Positions 1 to 7,655 of a stretch of 30,925 nucleotides of DNA are shown one piece after another; the first letter of the stretch is position 1, and each line of letters starts with the position of its first letter. This DNA comes from a virus. Lineage: Duplodnaviria; Caudoviricetes. The notes under the pieces were generated by a model. That model was not told the DNA's origin. It made no database searches and saw only the letters and a program-made list of their open reading frames with translations. The stretch is taken from the IMG/VR virus record IMGVR_UViG_3300020045_012662, positions 1-30,925 of that record; one strand, given 5' to 3'. A program made the translations under genes and the position numbers.

Positions 1-19
1 ATTTTTTGCATGGCAAAAC

Positions 20-73
20 AATTGCACGTAATTGCGTTTGGCGCAATTTTGCGCGTCGCAATTACGTGCAATT
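20..73. repeat. 17-bp perfect inverted repeat forming a long hairpin just downstream of the last leftward ORF (possible terminator or processing site)
   Basis: AATTGCACGTAATTGCG (20-36) / CGCAATTACGTGCAATT (57-73), with an inner GCGCAA-TT-TTGCGC stem (41-54). Confidence 0.7.
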
Positions 74-81
74 TGTGTTGG

Positions 82-480
82 CTATGCCGTGAGGTACTTG
101 TTGGCTTGCGTGGTGGTGGTGATGACCTCCTCTACGCAGTCGGCGAGGCATGGTGGCGCGGGTGTCCCGGTTGGTGGGCGCAGCATCTCTCTAATGAGGG
201 CGCATTGGCCCTCTGGCTTTGATAGGGCGCTGTCGATTTCTGGTGTTCGCGGTCGCAGTTCTGCTGCGACCAATGACCACCCGTGGATCATGGCCCTGAC
301 ACGATGCGCGTTCCATGACGCTTTTTCATCGATGTCCAGCGTTCTGGGGTTCATCCTGCGGTCGAGAGATCGCAGAATAAATGGGACGCCGTATAGCCGC
401 TGCACTGCTTTATTTACGCAGTTTTTGCATGCTGGGTCAGCTTGCAATGACCCGCATACCATGCATTTATACATCGTCAT
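82..480 (-). CDS. Hypothetical phage protein with N-terminal Cys4 zinc-finger-like motif
   Basis: CMVC...CKNC motif; start moved from the track's 621 to about 480 (AAGGA upstream, overlaps the end of the previous ORF). Confidence 0.55.
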   Translation of the reverse strand: MTMYKCMVCGSLQADPACKNCVNKAVQRLYGVPFILRSLDRRMNPRTLDIDEKASWNAHRVRAMIHGWSLVAAELRPRTPEIDSALSKPEGQCALIREMLRPPTGTPAPPCLADCVEEVITTTTQANKYLTA

Positions 481-973
481 CGTCATCCTTGTGTATCCAA
501 TCACATATTGGGTATGTGAGTTCGTATCCTGGGTCCTCACCGTTTTTTTGCATTCCGGTTGCCCGCCATAATTCTTTCCATTGCGCTGGTCCTGGGATGT
601 ACTCGTGGCAAACGAGTACATCCATTCCGTATGTCACGAGTACGTCCTCGTGACATACGCATGAGTAATAAGACTCTTCGTGCTTGATGCATTCGACGAT
701 GGCTCTGATGTCAAGTATCTTCGTAGCCACGTCGTCTATCGCGGCTATTGCGGTGAAGGTGAAGTTGTCTTCAGGACTATATTTTTTTGATATTTTTATT
801 GCTCTCATGTTGGTGAATTCGATTTCGATTGTTCGGTGTTTTATTCCACTTTGCCGTTCTTGCGTCGGTACGAAATTATTGATATCGCATATGTGTGTGA
901 TGCATTGTCCTGCCGTTATCCTTCTCAGTTTTTCTTGTACTTCTCCGCGCGAGACTCTCACTTGCTCGTGCAT
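467..973 (-). CDS. Hypothetical protein
   Basis: 168-aa ORF tiling with neighbours in the leftward operon. Confidence 0.55.
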   Translation of the reverse strand: MHEQVRVSRGEVQEKLRRITAGQCITHICDINNFVPTQERQSGIKHRTIEIEFTNMRAIKISKKYSPEDNFTFTAIAAIDDVATKILDIRAIVECIKHEESYYSCVCHEDVLVTYGMDVLVCHEYIPGPAQWKELWRATGMQKNGEDPGYELTYPICDWIHKDDDDDV

Positions 974-1200
974 ATTATCTCTACCGTTTCTTTTGTAATG
1001 TTTCCTGTTTCTTGTATTTCGCGTGCTTTTTCTCGCGCTGTTGCTAAGTTGATGATTAGTATGTCTTCCGGGCAGCGCAGTAATTTCTGCGCTGCAAAGT
1101 TCCGTATGTGTTCTTCGTGCCTGGGATCATTAAACATTTGGGGCATTGCCCCGAATTCGATTGTTAGCCCGCTTTTTGCGGGTTGTTTTCGTCTGAACAT
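958..1200 (-). CDS. Hypothetical protein
   Basis: 80-aa ORF with AGGAG RBS, tiles in the operon. Confidence 0.55.
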   Translation of the reverse strand: MFRRKQPAKSGLTIEFGAMPQMFNDPRHEEHIRNFAAQKLLRCPEDILIINLATAREKAREIQETGNITKETVEIICTSK

Positions 1201-1358
1201 TGTTCCACTCCTAGCATCGTTTCCAATTCTGATTGGATGATGCTATCGGTTTCTATGTTTCTGGCGCAATAGCGTTGTATTGCTCGGCGCGCCATTTTTT
1301 TATTATCATCTGGCAATTCTTGTATTGCCCAATTACTGGGGAATTCATCGATGGCCAT
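1164..1358 (-). CDS. Hypothetical protein
   Basis: 64-aa ORF overlapping both neighbours, GGGG upstream. Confidence 0.5.
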   Translation of the reverse strand: MAIDEFPSNWAIQELPDDNKKMARRAIQRYCARNIETDSIIQSELETMLGVEQCSDENNPQKAG

Positions 1359-1563
1359 TTTTTACCCCATCGACGCATTGGCCAGTGTGGGTAGTGCTGT
1401 AGGCCCAGGTGCCGCCCTGTGTGATGCAGGGCTCGATCAGCCACCGGTCGGCAGTAGCTGCGCCGATGAGTCCTGCTGCGAGTAGGACTGCCCATGCCAC
1501 GTAGTGGGCTGTGAGCGGCCGCGTGCGCCGCTGTGGCGGCCTGGTCGTGTCTACGTGCGTCAT
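1345..1563 (-). CDS. Small single-pass membrane protein
   Basis: Hydrophobic stretch YVAWAVLLAAGLIGAA, Cys pair in the C-terminal part; starts 4 nt after the rep stop. Confidence 0.55.
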   Translation of the reverse strand: MTHVDTTRPPQRRTRPLTAHYVAWAVLLAAGLIGAATADRWLIEPCITQGGTWAYSTTHTGQCVDGVKNGHR

Positions 1564-1567
1564 TGCG

Positions 1568-2620
1568 TCACATCCACTCGCTCATGCCATCAGGCGGGGC
1601 ACTGAGCGCCCTACGGACGGCAATCCGGGCGTGGACCATGCCGCGCAGCGTTCCTGCTGGCACTTGGACGGCCTCGCGCTCGGCTTGGGCCATTGACGAC
1701 CGTAGGGCCGCTGAGCGGGCCCTATCGATCGCATCCGACCTGAGACGCCTACTCGCATCGCTGGCCGCTCTGGCGGCCGCACAGGCCGCGCAGGGACGTG
1801 GTGACGGGTCATCCGCGTGCGTCCTGCACCACGGACTCACGATCTCAGGCAGATCGTGCACGGATGACCCGCGCTCATCCCATCGAGCTCGCCGCTGCTG
1901 ATAGCGCGACGCGTCCGGCACATCGCGGCGCGGCTGCCACTGCTGGATCGGCGGGGTTGGGTTTATTTGATGATCTCTCTGGGGGATCTGCTGCACCACG
2001 GCGCGATCGTCGCTCACAGGATCAACGTTGCGCGTCGGCAAATTTTCCTCGCGTGCATCGTTGGTTACGTCTAAGGCTAAGTACCCCAGATTTTGATCTT
2101 GATCTTTAGGTTCAAATGATTGGTTCTTCTTGGGGGGGAAAATATTTCCTACCCCCCCGGAAACTGATTCCTCCCCCAAACGTACTAGTTGAGGGGGGTT
2201 ATCCACAGATGCACACTGTGCATCGGCGTTTCCCACAGGTTCGATTTGTGACCCTGTGGATAACTTTTTTTCACACTGTGCATCAACGCCCTGACCAGGG
2301 CGGACAGCAACGTCAGGCTCTGGGTCATCCTGCGACACGCCGAGAAGATCACCACCCATGAGCAGGTAGTACCGGTTGACCGTTGACGACCCATTAGGCC
2401 GCATCTGCTGATCCCATCGGATCAGCCCGATCTCACGCAGATGCACAAGCTGCATACGCAGCGAGCGGGGCGTCATCTCACACTCGCGCGCCAGCCGAGT
2501 CTGTGACGGCCAGCAGCTGGCCCGCTCATCCGCGTAATTTGCCAGCGCCAGCAGAACGATTTTTGGGGCTGGCCCGCCGCATTTGCGGCCGAGCGCCCAA
2601 ACCATTGCTTGCAGGCTCAT
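1568..2620 (-). CDS. Phage replication initiator with N-terminal winged HTH (HTH_36 / lambda O-like)
   Basis: MSLQAMVWAL...KIVLLALANYADERASCWPSQTRLARECEMT...L...GLI...NRYYL is the typical N-terminus; C-terminal C-x2-H...C-x2-C motif; DnaA boxes inside the gene. Confidence 0.85.
   Translation of the reverse strand: MSLQAMVWALGRKCGGPAPKIVLLALANYADERASCWPSQTRLARECEMTPRSLRMQLVHLREIGLIRWDQQMRPNGSSTVNRYYLLMGGDLLGVSQDDPEPDVAVRPGQGVDAQCEKKLSTGSQIEPVGNADAQCASVDNPPQLVRLGEESVSGGVGNIFPPKKNQSFEPKDQDQNLGYLALDVTNDAREENLPTRNVDPVSDDRAVVQQIPQRDHQINPTPPIQQWQPRRDVPDASRYQQRRARWDERGSSVHDLPEIVSPWCRTHADDPSPRPCAACAAARAASDASRRLRSDAIDRARSAALRSSMAQAEREAVQVPAGTLRGMVHARIAVRRALSAPPDGMSEWM
2199..2284. promoter_or_regulatory. 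Probable replication origin inside the rep gene: two perfect DnaA boxes plus 13-bp direct repeats
   Basis: TTATCCACA 2199-2207 (+), TGTGGATAA 2255-2263 (-), degenerate TTTCCCACA 2229-2237; CACACTGTGCATC at 2212-2224 and 2272-2284. Confidence 0.65.
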
Positions 2621-2637
2621 CTGCGCTCACCCACCTG

Positions 2638-2667
2638 GTGACTCACTGATGGGGAATGGTCTATAAT
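2638..2667 (+). promoter_or_regulatory. SigA-type promoter antisense to the early operon
   Basis: GTGACT (2638-2643), 18-nt spacer, TATAAT (2662-2667). Confidence 0.6.
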
Positions 2668-2671
2668 CTGC

Positions 2672-2736
2672 ATTAATCACTCGCAATGATTGATCGATGG
2701 GCCACCAGATACGACGTCTGGTGGCCCAGTTTTTTT
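2672..2736 (+). ncRNA. Putative ~65-nt antisense (counter-transcript/OOP-like) RNA against the rep leader
   Basis: Promoter upstream; hairpin ATTAATCA/TGATTGAT; terminator GGGCCACCAGA/TCTGGTGGCCC followed by T7 on the + strand. Confidence 0.55.
2699..2736 (+). terminator. Rho-independent terminator, + strand
   Basis: 11-bp GC-rich stem, 7-nt loop, AG then TTTTTTT. Confidence 0.75.
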
Positions 2737-2752
2737 GTGCCGCCACCTCGCG

Positions 2753-2780
2753 GGTAGCCCCACCTGCGGGCGGGGCTACC
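2753..2780 (-). other. GC-rich hairpin in the rep leader
   Basis: GGTAGCCCC/GGGGCTACC stem; the inner mismatch becomes G-U on the - strand. Confidence 0.55.
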
Positions 2781-2832
2781 TGTTTAGCATCTAGAGCGCA
2801 TGCTCGGTGCGGCGGGTCTCTGATTAGCTCAC

Positions 2833-3102
2833 CTAATTTTTGGGTGCTCGGCGCATGGCGTCGCTGATCGCGCGGCTCGCCTGTCGACTCAACACGTCGA
2901 TTGTCCGCTGCGTGATGCCCTCTGTAGTGGGCATGTCGTCGTCCTCCCGGGTGACGACAGTGCTGGTCATGGTGCGCTCACCGCACTGATACGTGCGGTA
3001 TGTGATTACTCCGCGCGCACCAGCAAGGATGACCTCGCGTCCACCCACAACCGCTGTCACCCGGATCACATAATCGTCACCGGTTACATCCGAGCGACGC
3101 AT
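2833..3102 (-). CDS. Hypothetical protein
   Basis: ORF with probable start at 3102 (MRRSDV) after a G-rich RBS. Confidence 0.5.
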   Translation of the reverse strand: MRRSDVTGDDYVIRVTAVVGGREVILAGARGVITYRTYQCGERTMTSTVVTREDDDMPTTEGITQRTIDVLSRQASRAISDAMRRAPKN

Positions 3103-3127
3103 TGCATGCCCCCCATAGGTAGTGCCG

Positions 3128-3604
3128 TCACCGCCGGTACCAGGGCGGGATCGACCCAGCATGCTCAGCCAGCCACCGTCTACGCGCGCGCAGAATGCGA
3201 CGCACACCGCGCGCTATCTCCCGCTGGCCCGGCTCCGGCAAATAATCTGCGTGGTGCCCATGCTCGCGCCATAAATCGACTGCCTCATACGCCATTTCCA
3301 TGTCCAGTGTGATCACCTCCATGATGAGCTGTTCGGCGGTGAGCACAGCAGCTCGCGTTTTAGGCGGCGGGCAGTAATGCTTACCAGCCCATACGCCGGT
3401 AATAGGCCGCACAAGGTCGGCCCGCGCACGGCATTGCCTGATAACCGTGCACGTTTCACATATTTTTATTGCCTCAGCTGCTTTTGTTTTTTCCCACGGG
3501 TCGGCGTCGAATATGTTTCCAGTCGAACCGGAATGGTCAATTTTTGAGCACGCGCTCTGCTGCTCCCACGGCGTACCTCGCTGCATAGACATTCCCATAG
3601 GCAT
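3128..3604 (-). CDS. whiB: WhiB family Fe-S transcriptional regulator with C-terminal extension
   Basis: C-x28-C-x2-C-x5-C-like pattern (ACSK...AIKICETCTVIRQC) plus GVWAG; exact start uncertain (3586-3604). Confidence 0.85.
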   Translation of the reverse strand: MPMGMSMQRGTPWEQQSACSKIDHSGSTGNIFDADPWEKTKAAEAIKICETCTVIRQCRARADLVRPITGVWAGKHYCPPPKTRAAVLTAEQLIMEVITLDMEMAYEAVDLWREHGHHADYLPEPGQREIARGVRRILRARRRWLAEHAGSIPPWYRR

Positions 3605-3619
3605 GTTGCTGCCGATTAA

Positions 3620-3650
3620 ATTGCCCGCCCGGTTGTGTTGGGCGGGCAAT
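3620..3650. terminator. Hairpin between the resolvase and whiB genes
   Basis: ATTGCCCGCCC / GGGCGGGCAAT 11-bp perfect stem. Confidence 0.5.
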
Positions 3651-3657
3651 CCCCCCG

Positions 3658-4002
3658 TCAGTACCCGGCCAGTTTCAGCAGGGCCACGTACTCGGCCAAT
3701 TCAATGACAGCAAAGAATTGGTCGCCTTTTCCTAGTCCGACACCGTGCGGTTTCAAAACAGCAACATAGCGTTCGGCTTTGGCGTTTTTCATTTCTTCTT
3801 TTGCCTCACGAACAGCGTTTGTGAGTCGGTATGTTTTTTCGCTTTTGACTTCGATAACGACGCCTGGAATGCCTGCGATGTCGCCTCTGTCATTGCTTCC
3901 GTGTAGTGCGCGCCGCTCGGCGTTCTGGTACCCGGCGCTGATTAAATACTCGACAACAGCAGTTTCTGCCGCTGTCCCTTTTTGCCTTCCAGGATTGACC
4001 AT
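3658..4002 (-). CDS. Holliday junction resolvase (PD-(D/E)xK, actinophage type)
   Basis: KGTAAETAVVEYL...AERR...DRGDI...VIEVK signature. Confidence 0.85.
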   Translation of the reverse strand: MVNPGRQKGTAAETAVVEYLISAGYQNAERRALHGSNDRGDIAGIPGVVIEVKSEKTYRLTNAVREAKEEMKNAKAERYVAVLKPHGVGLGKGDQFFAVIELAEYVALLKLAGY

Positions 4003-4063
4003 GTGTGCCTCGCTGAATTCAAAATTGGCGGCGTTTTGCTATTCCAAATCGGTGTTTCATTGC

Positions 4064-4942
4064 TTAGTTTGTTGGGTTGAGGATTTCTGCGATCGTGGCC
4101 TCAATTCCAGGGGCCTGCAGCTCATCCACGAGGGTCATCCAATGACCAGGCGACATTTGGTCTGGGGTGTCGAAATTCTCGCCGAGAATTCCGCTTACTA
4201 CTGCACCACGCGCTATAGGGGCGATTCCGAGCCCTTCCATGATGTGCATTGCTGTTGCCTGGTAATCGATTGGTGCAGCGTCCTGCTGCACTATCGGCTG
4301 CAGTTTTTTGCGTTCGGCGCGCGGCGGTTGGTCGTAGTCGCTGATGTCCTCAGCGGATGGCAAGCCGAACAGGGCGCCAGGGTCCAGCTGATCGCATACT
4401 CGCGCAGCAGCGCGCGCGTACAGCATGTCCGCTGGCGTTTTTGCGTACGCAGCGTTAGATGTCCAGCCTGCGCGTTTCGCGTCCTCAATAGTGATCGCGA
4501 CGCTAATAATTGGGCCACCCGTTGCGTGCTGGCCACGCACGGTGACCGACGTGTCGGTCATTTCGTCCGCCCAAATTTTATGGCCAAGCGATTTAAGAAT
4601 TGCAACTTTCGTTTTTGCATACATCGATGGTTTTCCCTTTATCAGGAAAATTGATTGCAAAGACGTCAGCGGGTCGAGCCCGATTGATTGTCCGATCATT
4701 ATTGCTGATGCAGCGTTTGCAACAGCAATTTCTAGCGCGGCTGTTGCGGATTCGCCCTTTGCAGCGATGTTTGCTGGTTTGAATGATTCGGGCACGAACG
4801 AACTTTGTACGAGCATTCGTCCGAGTTTCTCTGCCGCCGCAGCTTTTTCTACCCATTCATCCAATTCGACCTTTCGTTTTCCAATAAACGCAAAATCTTT
4901 GGTTTTGTTTTGTTCGTTGTCGTATGTTTCTATTTCTGTCAT
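4064..4942 (-). CDS. RecT-like single-strand annealing protein
   Basis: AIMIGQSIGLDPLTSLQSIFLIKGKPSM...AKRAGW...YAKTPADMLYARA motif; ATGA overlap with the exonuclease gene. Confidence 0.8.
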   Translation of the reverse strand: MTEIETYDNEQNKTKDFAFIGKRKVELDEWVEKAAAAEKLGRMLVQSSFVPESFKPANIAAKGESATAALEIAVANAASAIMIGQSIGLDPLTSLQSIFLIKGKPSMYAKTKVAILKSLGHKIWADEMTDTSVTVRGQHATGGPIISVAITIEDAKRAGWTSNAAYAKTPADMLYARAAARVCDQLDPGALFGLPSAEDISDYDQPPRAERKKLQPIVQQDAAPIDYQATAMHIMEGLGIAPIARGAVVSGILGENFDTPDQMSPGHWMTLVDELQAPGIEATIAEILNPTN

Positions 4943-5703
4943 TGTTTTGCCCATCTGGGTAGTGTGATTATTTCGTCCTGGCTGGGTCCAGGCCAGTCAT
5001 TGTTTTTTGCGCATTCGTTGTATTTATTGAGTGCTGTTAGTGCTGTTTGCATGCCGATTTCTCGTGACTGATCGTCTAGTCTGACGATCCTCGCCGCGTA
5101 GGGTGGCGTTTTTTTGACGAATGCGAACCGGAATTCTGGCCATTGCCCGGTAAGTTCCTGGAAAGCCATTGAATACCACGCGTCTTGTATGTGATACCCG
5201 TAATTTAATACTGCTTTTCCTAATGATTCGTCGTCTAGTTCTGACGACGTTGTTTTTATATCTATGACATTTCCTGATAGCCATCCTTCGGTTATCATCA
5301 TGTCTATCTTTGCTTTACATTTAGTTTCATTGTTTTGCCATAGTATTACTTTTTCTACGATCGCGTTTTCGCGTAAGCAATAGACGTCCAATAGTTTTGT
5401 TAATGATTTAGTCATTGCTGCTGCGTCGTCGTATTCATCGGCGAGTAAACCGATTTTTCCCGCGTTGGTTATTTGTTCGAATTCTGCTCGTCCTGCCGCA
5501 GATGACCGTGTTTTTGATTCCATGCGCAGGACCTCTGGGCCAGAGCGCAGCGTCATTGAGTGGACGGCTGACCCGGTGAGCAGAGCAGCTGTTGATGCAT
5601 TATGGGATACGGACCATTTGGCCTCATACGGGCTCATGGTCGCATATTTTTTGAGCGTCGACGCATTGACGGCATTCAGTGCGAAATACTCGCTATCCGT
5701 CAT
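4939..5703 (-). CDS. RecE/ExoVIII-like PD-(D/E)XK exonuclease (DUF3799-like)
   Basis: GSAVH, CKAKID, IDIKTT, YGYHIQDAWY, FAFVKKTPPY motifs; adjacent to the RecT-like gene. Confidence 0.85.
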   Translation of the reverse strand: MTDSEYFALNAVNASTLKKYATMSPYEAKWSVSHNASTAALLTGSAVHSMTLRSGPEVLRMESKTRSSAAGRAEFEQITNAGKIGLLADEYDDAAAMTKSLTKLLDVYCLRENAIVEKVILWQNNETKCKAKIDMMITEGWLSGNVIDIKTTSSELDDESLGKAVLNYGYHIQDAWYSMAFQELTGQWPEFRFAFVKKTPPYAARIVRLDDQSREIGMQTALTALNKYNECAKNNDWPGPSQDEIITLPRWAKQ

Positions 5704-5720
5704 TGTCTCTAATGACGACA

Positions 5721-5796
5721 AATGCCCCACCCTCTGTGTGCTGTGCGTGGCCACCGGCCAATCTGGCCACGCACAGCATACAAAAGATGGGGCATT
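5721..5796. other. Long irregular hairpin upstream of the exonuclease start
   Basis: TGTGTGCTGTGCGTGGCCA / TGGCCACGCACAGCATACA core, extended by AATGCCCCA / TGGGGCATT. Confidence 0.6.
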
Positions 5797-5811
5797 GCAA
5801 TGTCATGATCT

Positions 5812-5931
5812 CTATCTATGGTGCCTCCTCGCCGCATTCAGCCGCGTGTGCCGTGACCTGCGGGGCATCAGCGCCCACGCTGCCACTGACAGCACGAGAC
5901 TGCCAGCTGCAGCCACTAGATATGGCGTCAT
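5812..5931 (-). CDS. 39-aa single-TM protein with basic tail
   Basis: GGAGG RBS; MTPYLVAAAGSLVLSVAAWALMPRRSRH... Confidence 0.55.
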   Translation of the reverse strand: MTPYLVAAAGSLVLSVAAWALMPRRSRHTRLNAARRHHR

Positions 5932-6047
5932 TTTTTGCTTACCTCCCCGCATATGCAGCCGTAGGGCAAGCCGCCGCCCCGGCATATTTCGCAGGGCATC
6001 TGTTTGCTGCCCGGCTTGCTCCGCTGCCGGGGGATTTTTATTACCAT
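5928..6047 (-). CDS. 39-aa Cys-rich microprotein (not in the ORF track)
   Basis: MVIKIPRQRSKPGSKQMPCEICRGGGLPYGCICGEVSKK; GAGG RBS; overlaps both neighbours (ATGA with the downstream gene). Confidence 0.55.
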   Translation of the reverse strand: MVIKIPRQRSKPGSKQMPCEICRGGGLPYGCICGEVSKK

Positions 6048-6442
6048 TTCTTAACCTCAAATATCGTTGGTCTGCGCACTATTTGTGCGCAGAGTTCCAG
6101 CACCGCCATTGCTGGTACCTCGCACGTCTCCGTTTCGATTAGGGCATCCAGCCCTGCGGCATCGCCATTAACGTAAGCGATAAAAAACGACAACGCGTAG
6201 GATTCTTCATTTCCTAGTTCGCCCGACTCGATATCAAGGTTGAGTCGAGCCCTTGACCAATGGGCCATGCACGCGTTGCCCATTGCAATTGAGCACCAGA
6301 GCCGGGCCGCGCAAGCCCAGCAGACTTGCATATTATCTGCCTCCTCAAGCAGATTATCTATTTCCAGGCCATTTGCGTGGCCTGTGAGTATGCCCGTCAC
6401 CACGCGGCAGGCTTTAGCCGAGAACGGGAGATGCTCAGCCAT
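6041..6442 (-). CDS. Hypothetical protein
   Basis: 133-aa ORF with GAGG RBS, tiles in the operon. Confidence 0.6.
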   Translation of the reverse strand: MAEHLPFSAKACRVVTGILTGHANGLEIDNLLEEADNMQVCWACAARLWCSIAMGNACMAHWSRARLNLDIESGELGNEESYALSFFIAYVNGDAAGLDALIETETCEVPAMAVLELCAQIVRRPTIFEVKKW

Positions 6443-6448
6443 TCTCGT

Positions 6449-6835
6449 CTACCTCATTGCCATGACGGCGGCAATGATTGCGGCGTATTTTTCCTGGGAC
6501 GGGATGGCACTCGTTTCGAGAATTGTCCGGTATTTCTCGGCATCCTCATTTATGAACGCGCTGATTACTTCTGTCGCCCATATGAGAAGGGGATCGAATC
6601 CCCACCATAAAGCGAGCGGGTCATATTCAACCGGAACATTTATGACGCGCAGAAAACCGAGTTCCCTCGCCGTGGCAAGAAAAACAGACGTAATGCATTC
6701 CCATTTGTGTTTCTGCAATGCGTCCGCCGGTAGTCTGCTGCAATCCGACGTTTCGATCGTCAGCAGTACGTGGGGTAATAATTCCGTAATGCATTCGCCG
6801 ACCTCAACGGCGCCGGTGAAAGAGCACCCGCTCAT
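6449..6835 (-). CDS. Hypothetical protein
   Basis: 128-aa ORF, ATGA overlap with the LysM gene. Confidence 0.55.
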   Translation of the reverse strand: MSGCSFTGAVEVGECITELLPHVLLTIETSDCSRLPADALQKHKWECITSVFLATARELGFLRVINVPVEYDPLALWWGFDPLLIWATEVISAFINEDAEKYRTILETSAIPSQEKYAAIIAAVMAMR

Positions 6836-7170
6836 GGGAGTCTCACCAGCTGTCCGACGCAGATCATGTCTGCGTCGGTGATCTGAGGATTGAGCGTGAG
6901 TAGCTGGTGGATGCTCGTGCCCGTCTGTCGTGCGATCGCGGTGAGCGTGTCACCCGGTCGCACGCTCACCGCCCGGTACCCGCTGCGGGTACTGGGCCGG
7001 GGGTTGCTCGGGTTGTGCTCGGCGCGCATGAGTCTCCGCTCGTGCTCGGCTCGGGCTTGCTCGGCGCGCGCAGCATTGCTGCGCGCGTCGGTTACAGACC
7101 ATCCTGATGGCGACCGGTAGTCGGTGATATTCCAATCGGACACGATCATTTGTATCCCCAGATTTTCCAT
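6832..7170 (-). CDS. LysM-domain protein without signal peptide
   Basis: C-terminal VRPGDTLTAIARQTGTSIHQLLTLNPQITDADMICVGQLVRLP. Confidence 0.85.
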   Translation of the reverse strand: MENLGIQMIVSDWNITDYRSPSGWSVTDARSNAARAEQARAEHERRLMRAEHNPSNPRPSTRSGYRAVSVRPGDTLTAIARQTGTSIHQLLTLNPQITDADMICVGQLVRLP

Positions 7171-7172
7171 AG

Positions 7173-7202
7173 CGAGTCAGGGATTTCTCCCTGACTCGTT
7201 TC
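7173..7202. terminator. 11-bp hairpin directly upstream of the LysM start; T4 tail on +, GAAA tetraloop on -
   Basis: CGAGTCAGGGA-TTTC-TCCCTGACTCG-TTTT. Confidence 0.5.
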
Positions 7203-7263
7203 CATTTGACCCCGGTCCCAGATGGTGATCGGGGCGAAGCCCGGCGGCTGCTCTGTCGGCTGG

Positions 7264-7617
7264 TCACTCACGGGTGCCCCCGTCGTCAGTGGTGAGGTGG
7301 CGTGTCATTTCTGCTGCGTCTGCGATGCAGTCGCTGACTAGCCCGTAGATGGTGTCGATGGGGGCGTCTGCCCACGCGTCGATCAGGGGTGCCCCGTCGA
7401 GGGCTTGCTCGGCGGGGATGCCTACTGCGCGGCAGATGCTTGTGATCTGCCGCAGCGACATCGATACGCGCCCTGATAATTTCCGGGCGAGTACGGATTG
7501 TGACAGCCCGGTGAGGGCGGCCACTTCTTTTTGACTGACCGATCGGTCAGTCATTTCTTGTCTGATTTTGGCCCCCGCGTATGCGGAGACCAAAATATTT
7601 TCTGGTGGTGGTCTCAT
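7264..7617 (-). CDS. XRE-family HTH regulator (Cro/BetR-like), probably leaderless
   Basis: IRQEMTDRSVSQKEVAALTGLSQSVLARKLSGRVSMSLRQITSICRAVGI; first gene of the leftward early operon. Confidence 0.85.
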   Translation of the reverse strand: MRPPPENILVSAYAGAKIRQEMTDRSVSQKEVAALTGLSQSVLARKLSGRVSMSLRQITSICRAVGIPAEQALDGAPLIDAWADAPIDTIYGLVSDCIADAAEMTRHLTTDDGGTRE

Positions 7618-7624
7618 GACACAT

Positions 7625-7655
7625 ATTGTATGCACATGACGCATGCCCTGGTCAA
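7625..7655 (-). promoter_or_regulatory. Leftward early promoter with an operator-like site between -35 and -10
   Basis: On the - strand: TTGACC, 19-nt spacer, TACAAT, 7 nt, ATG (7617); ATGCACATGACGCAT at 7630-7644. Confidence 0.55.

Noticed and set aside
3779-6881. Long + strand ORFs (3779-4654, 5465-6142, 6240-6881) and similar ones over the structural genes
   Set aside because: Antisense shadows of well-supported - strand genes, without RBS or motifs.
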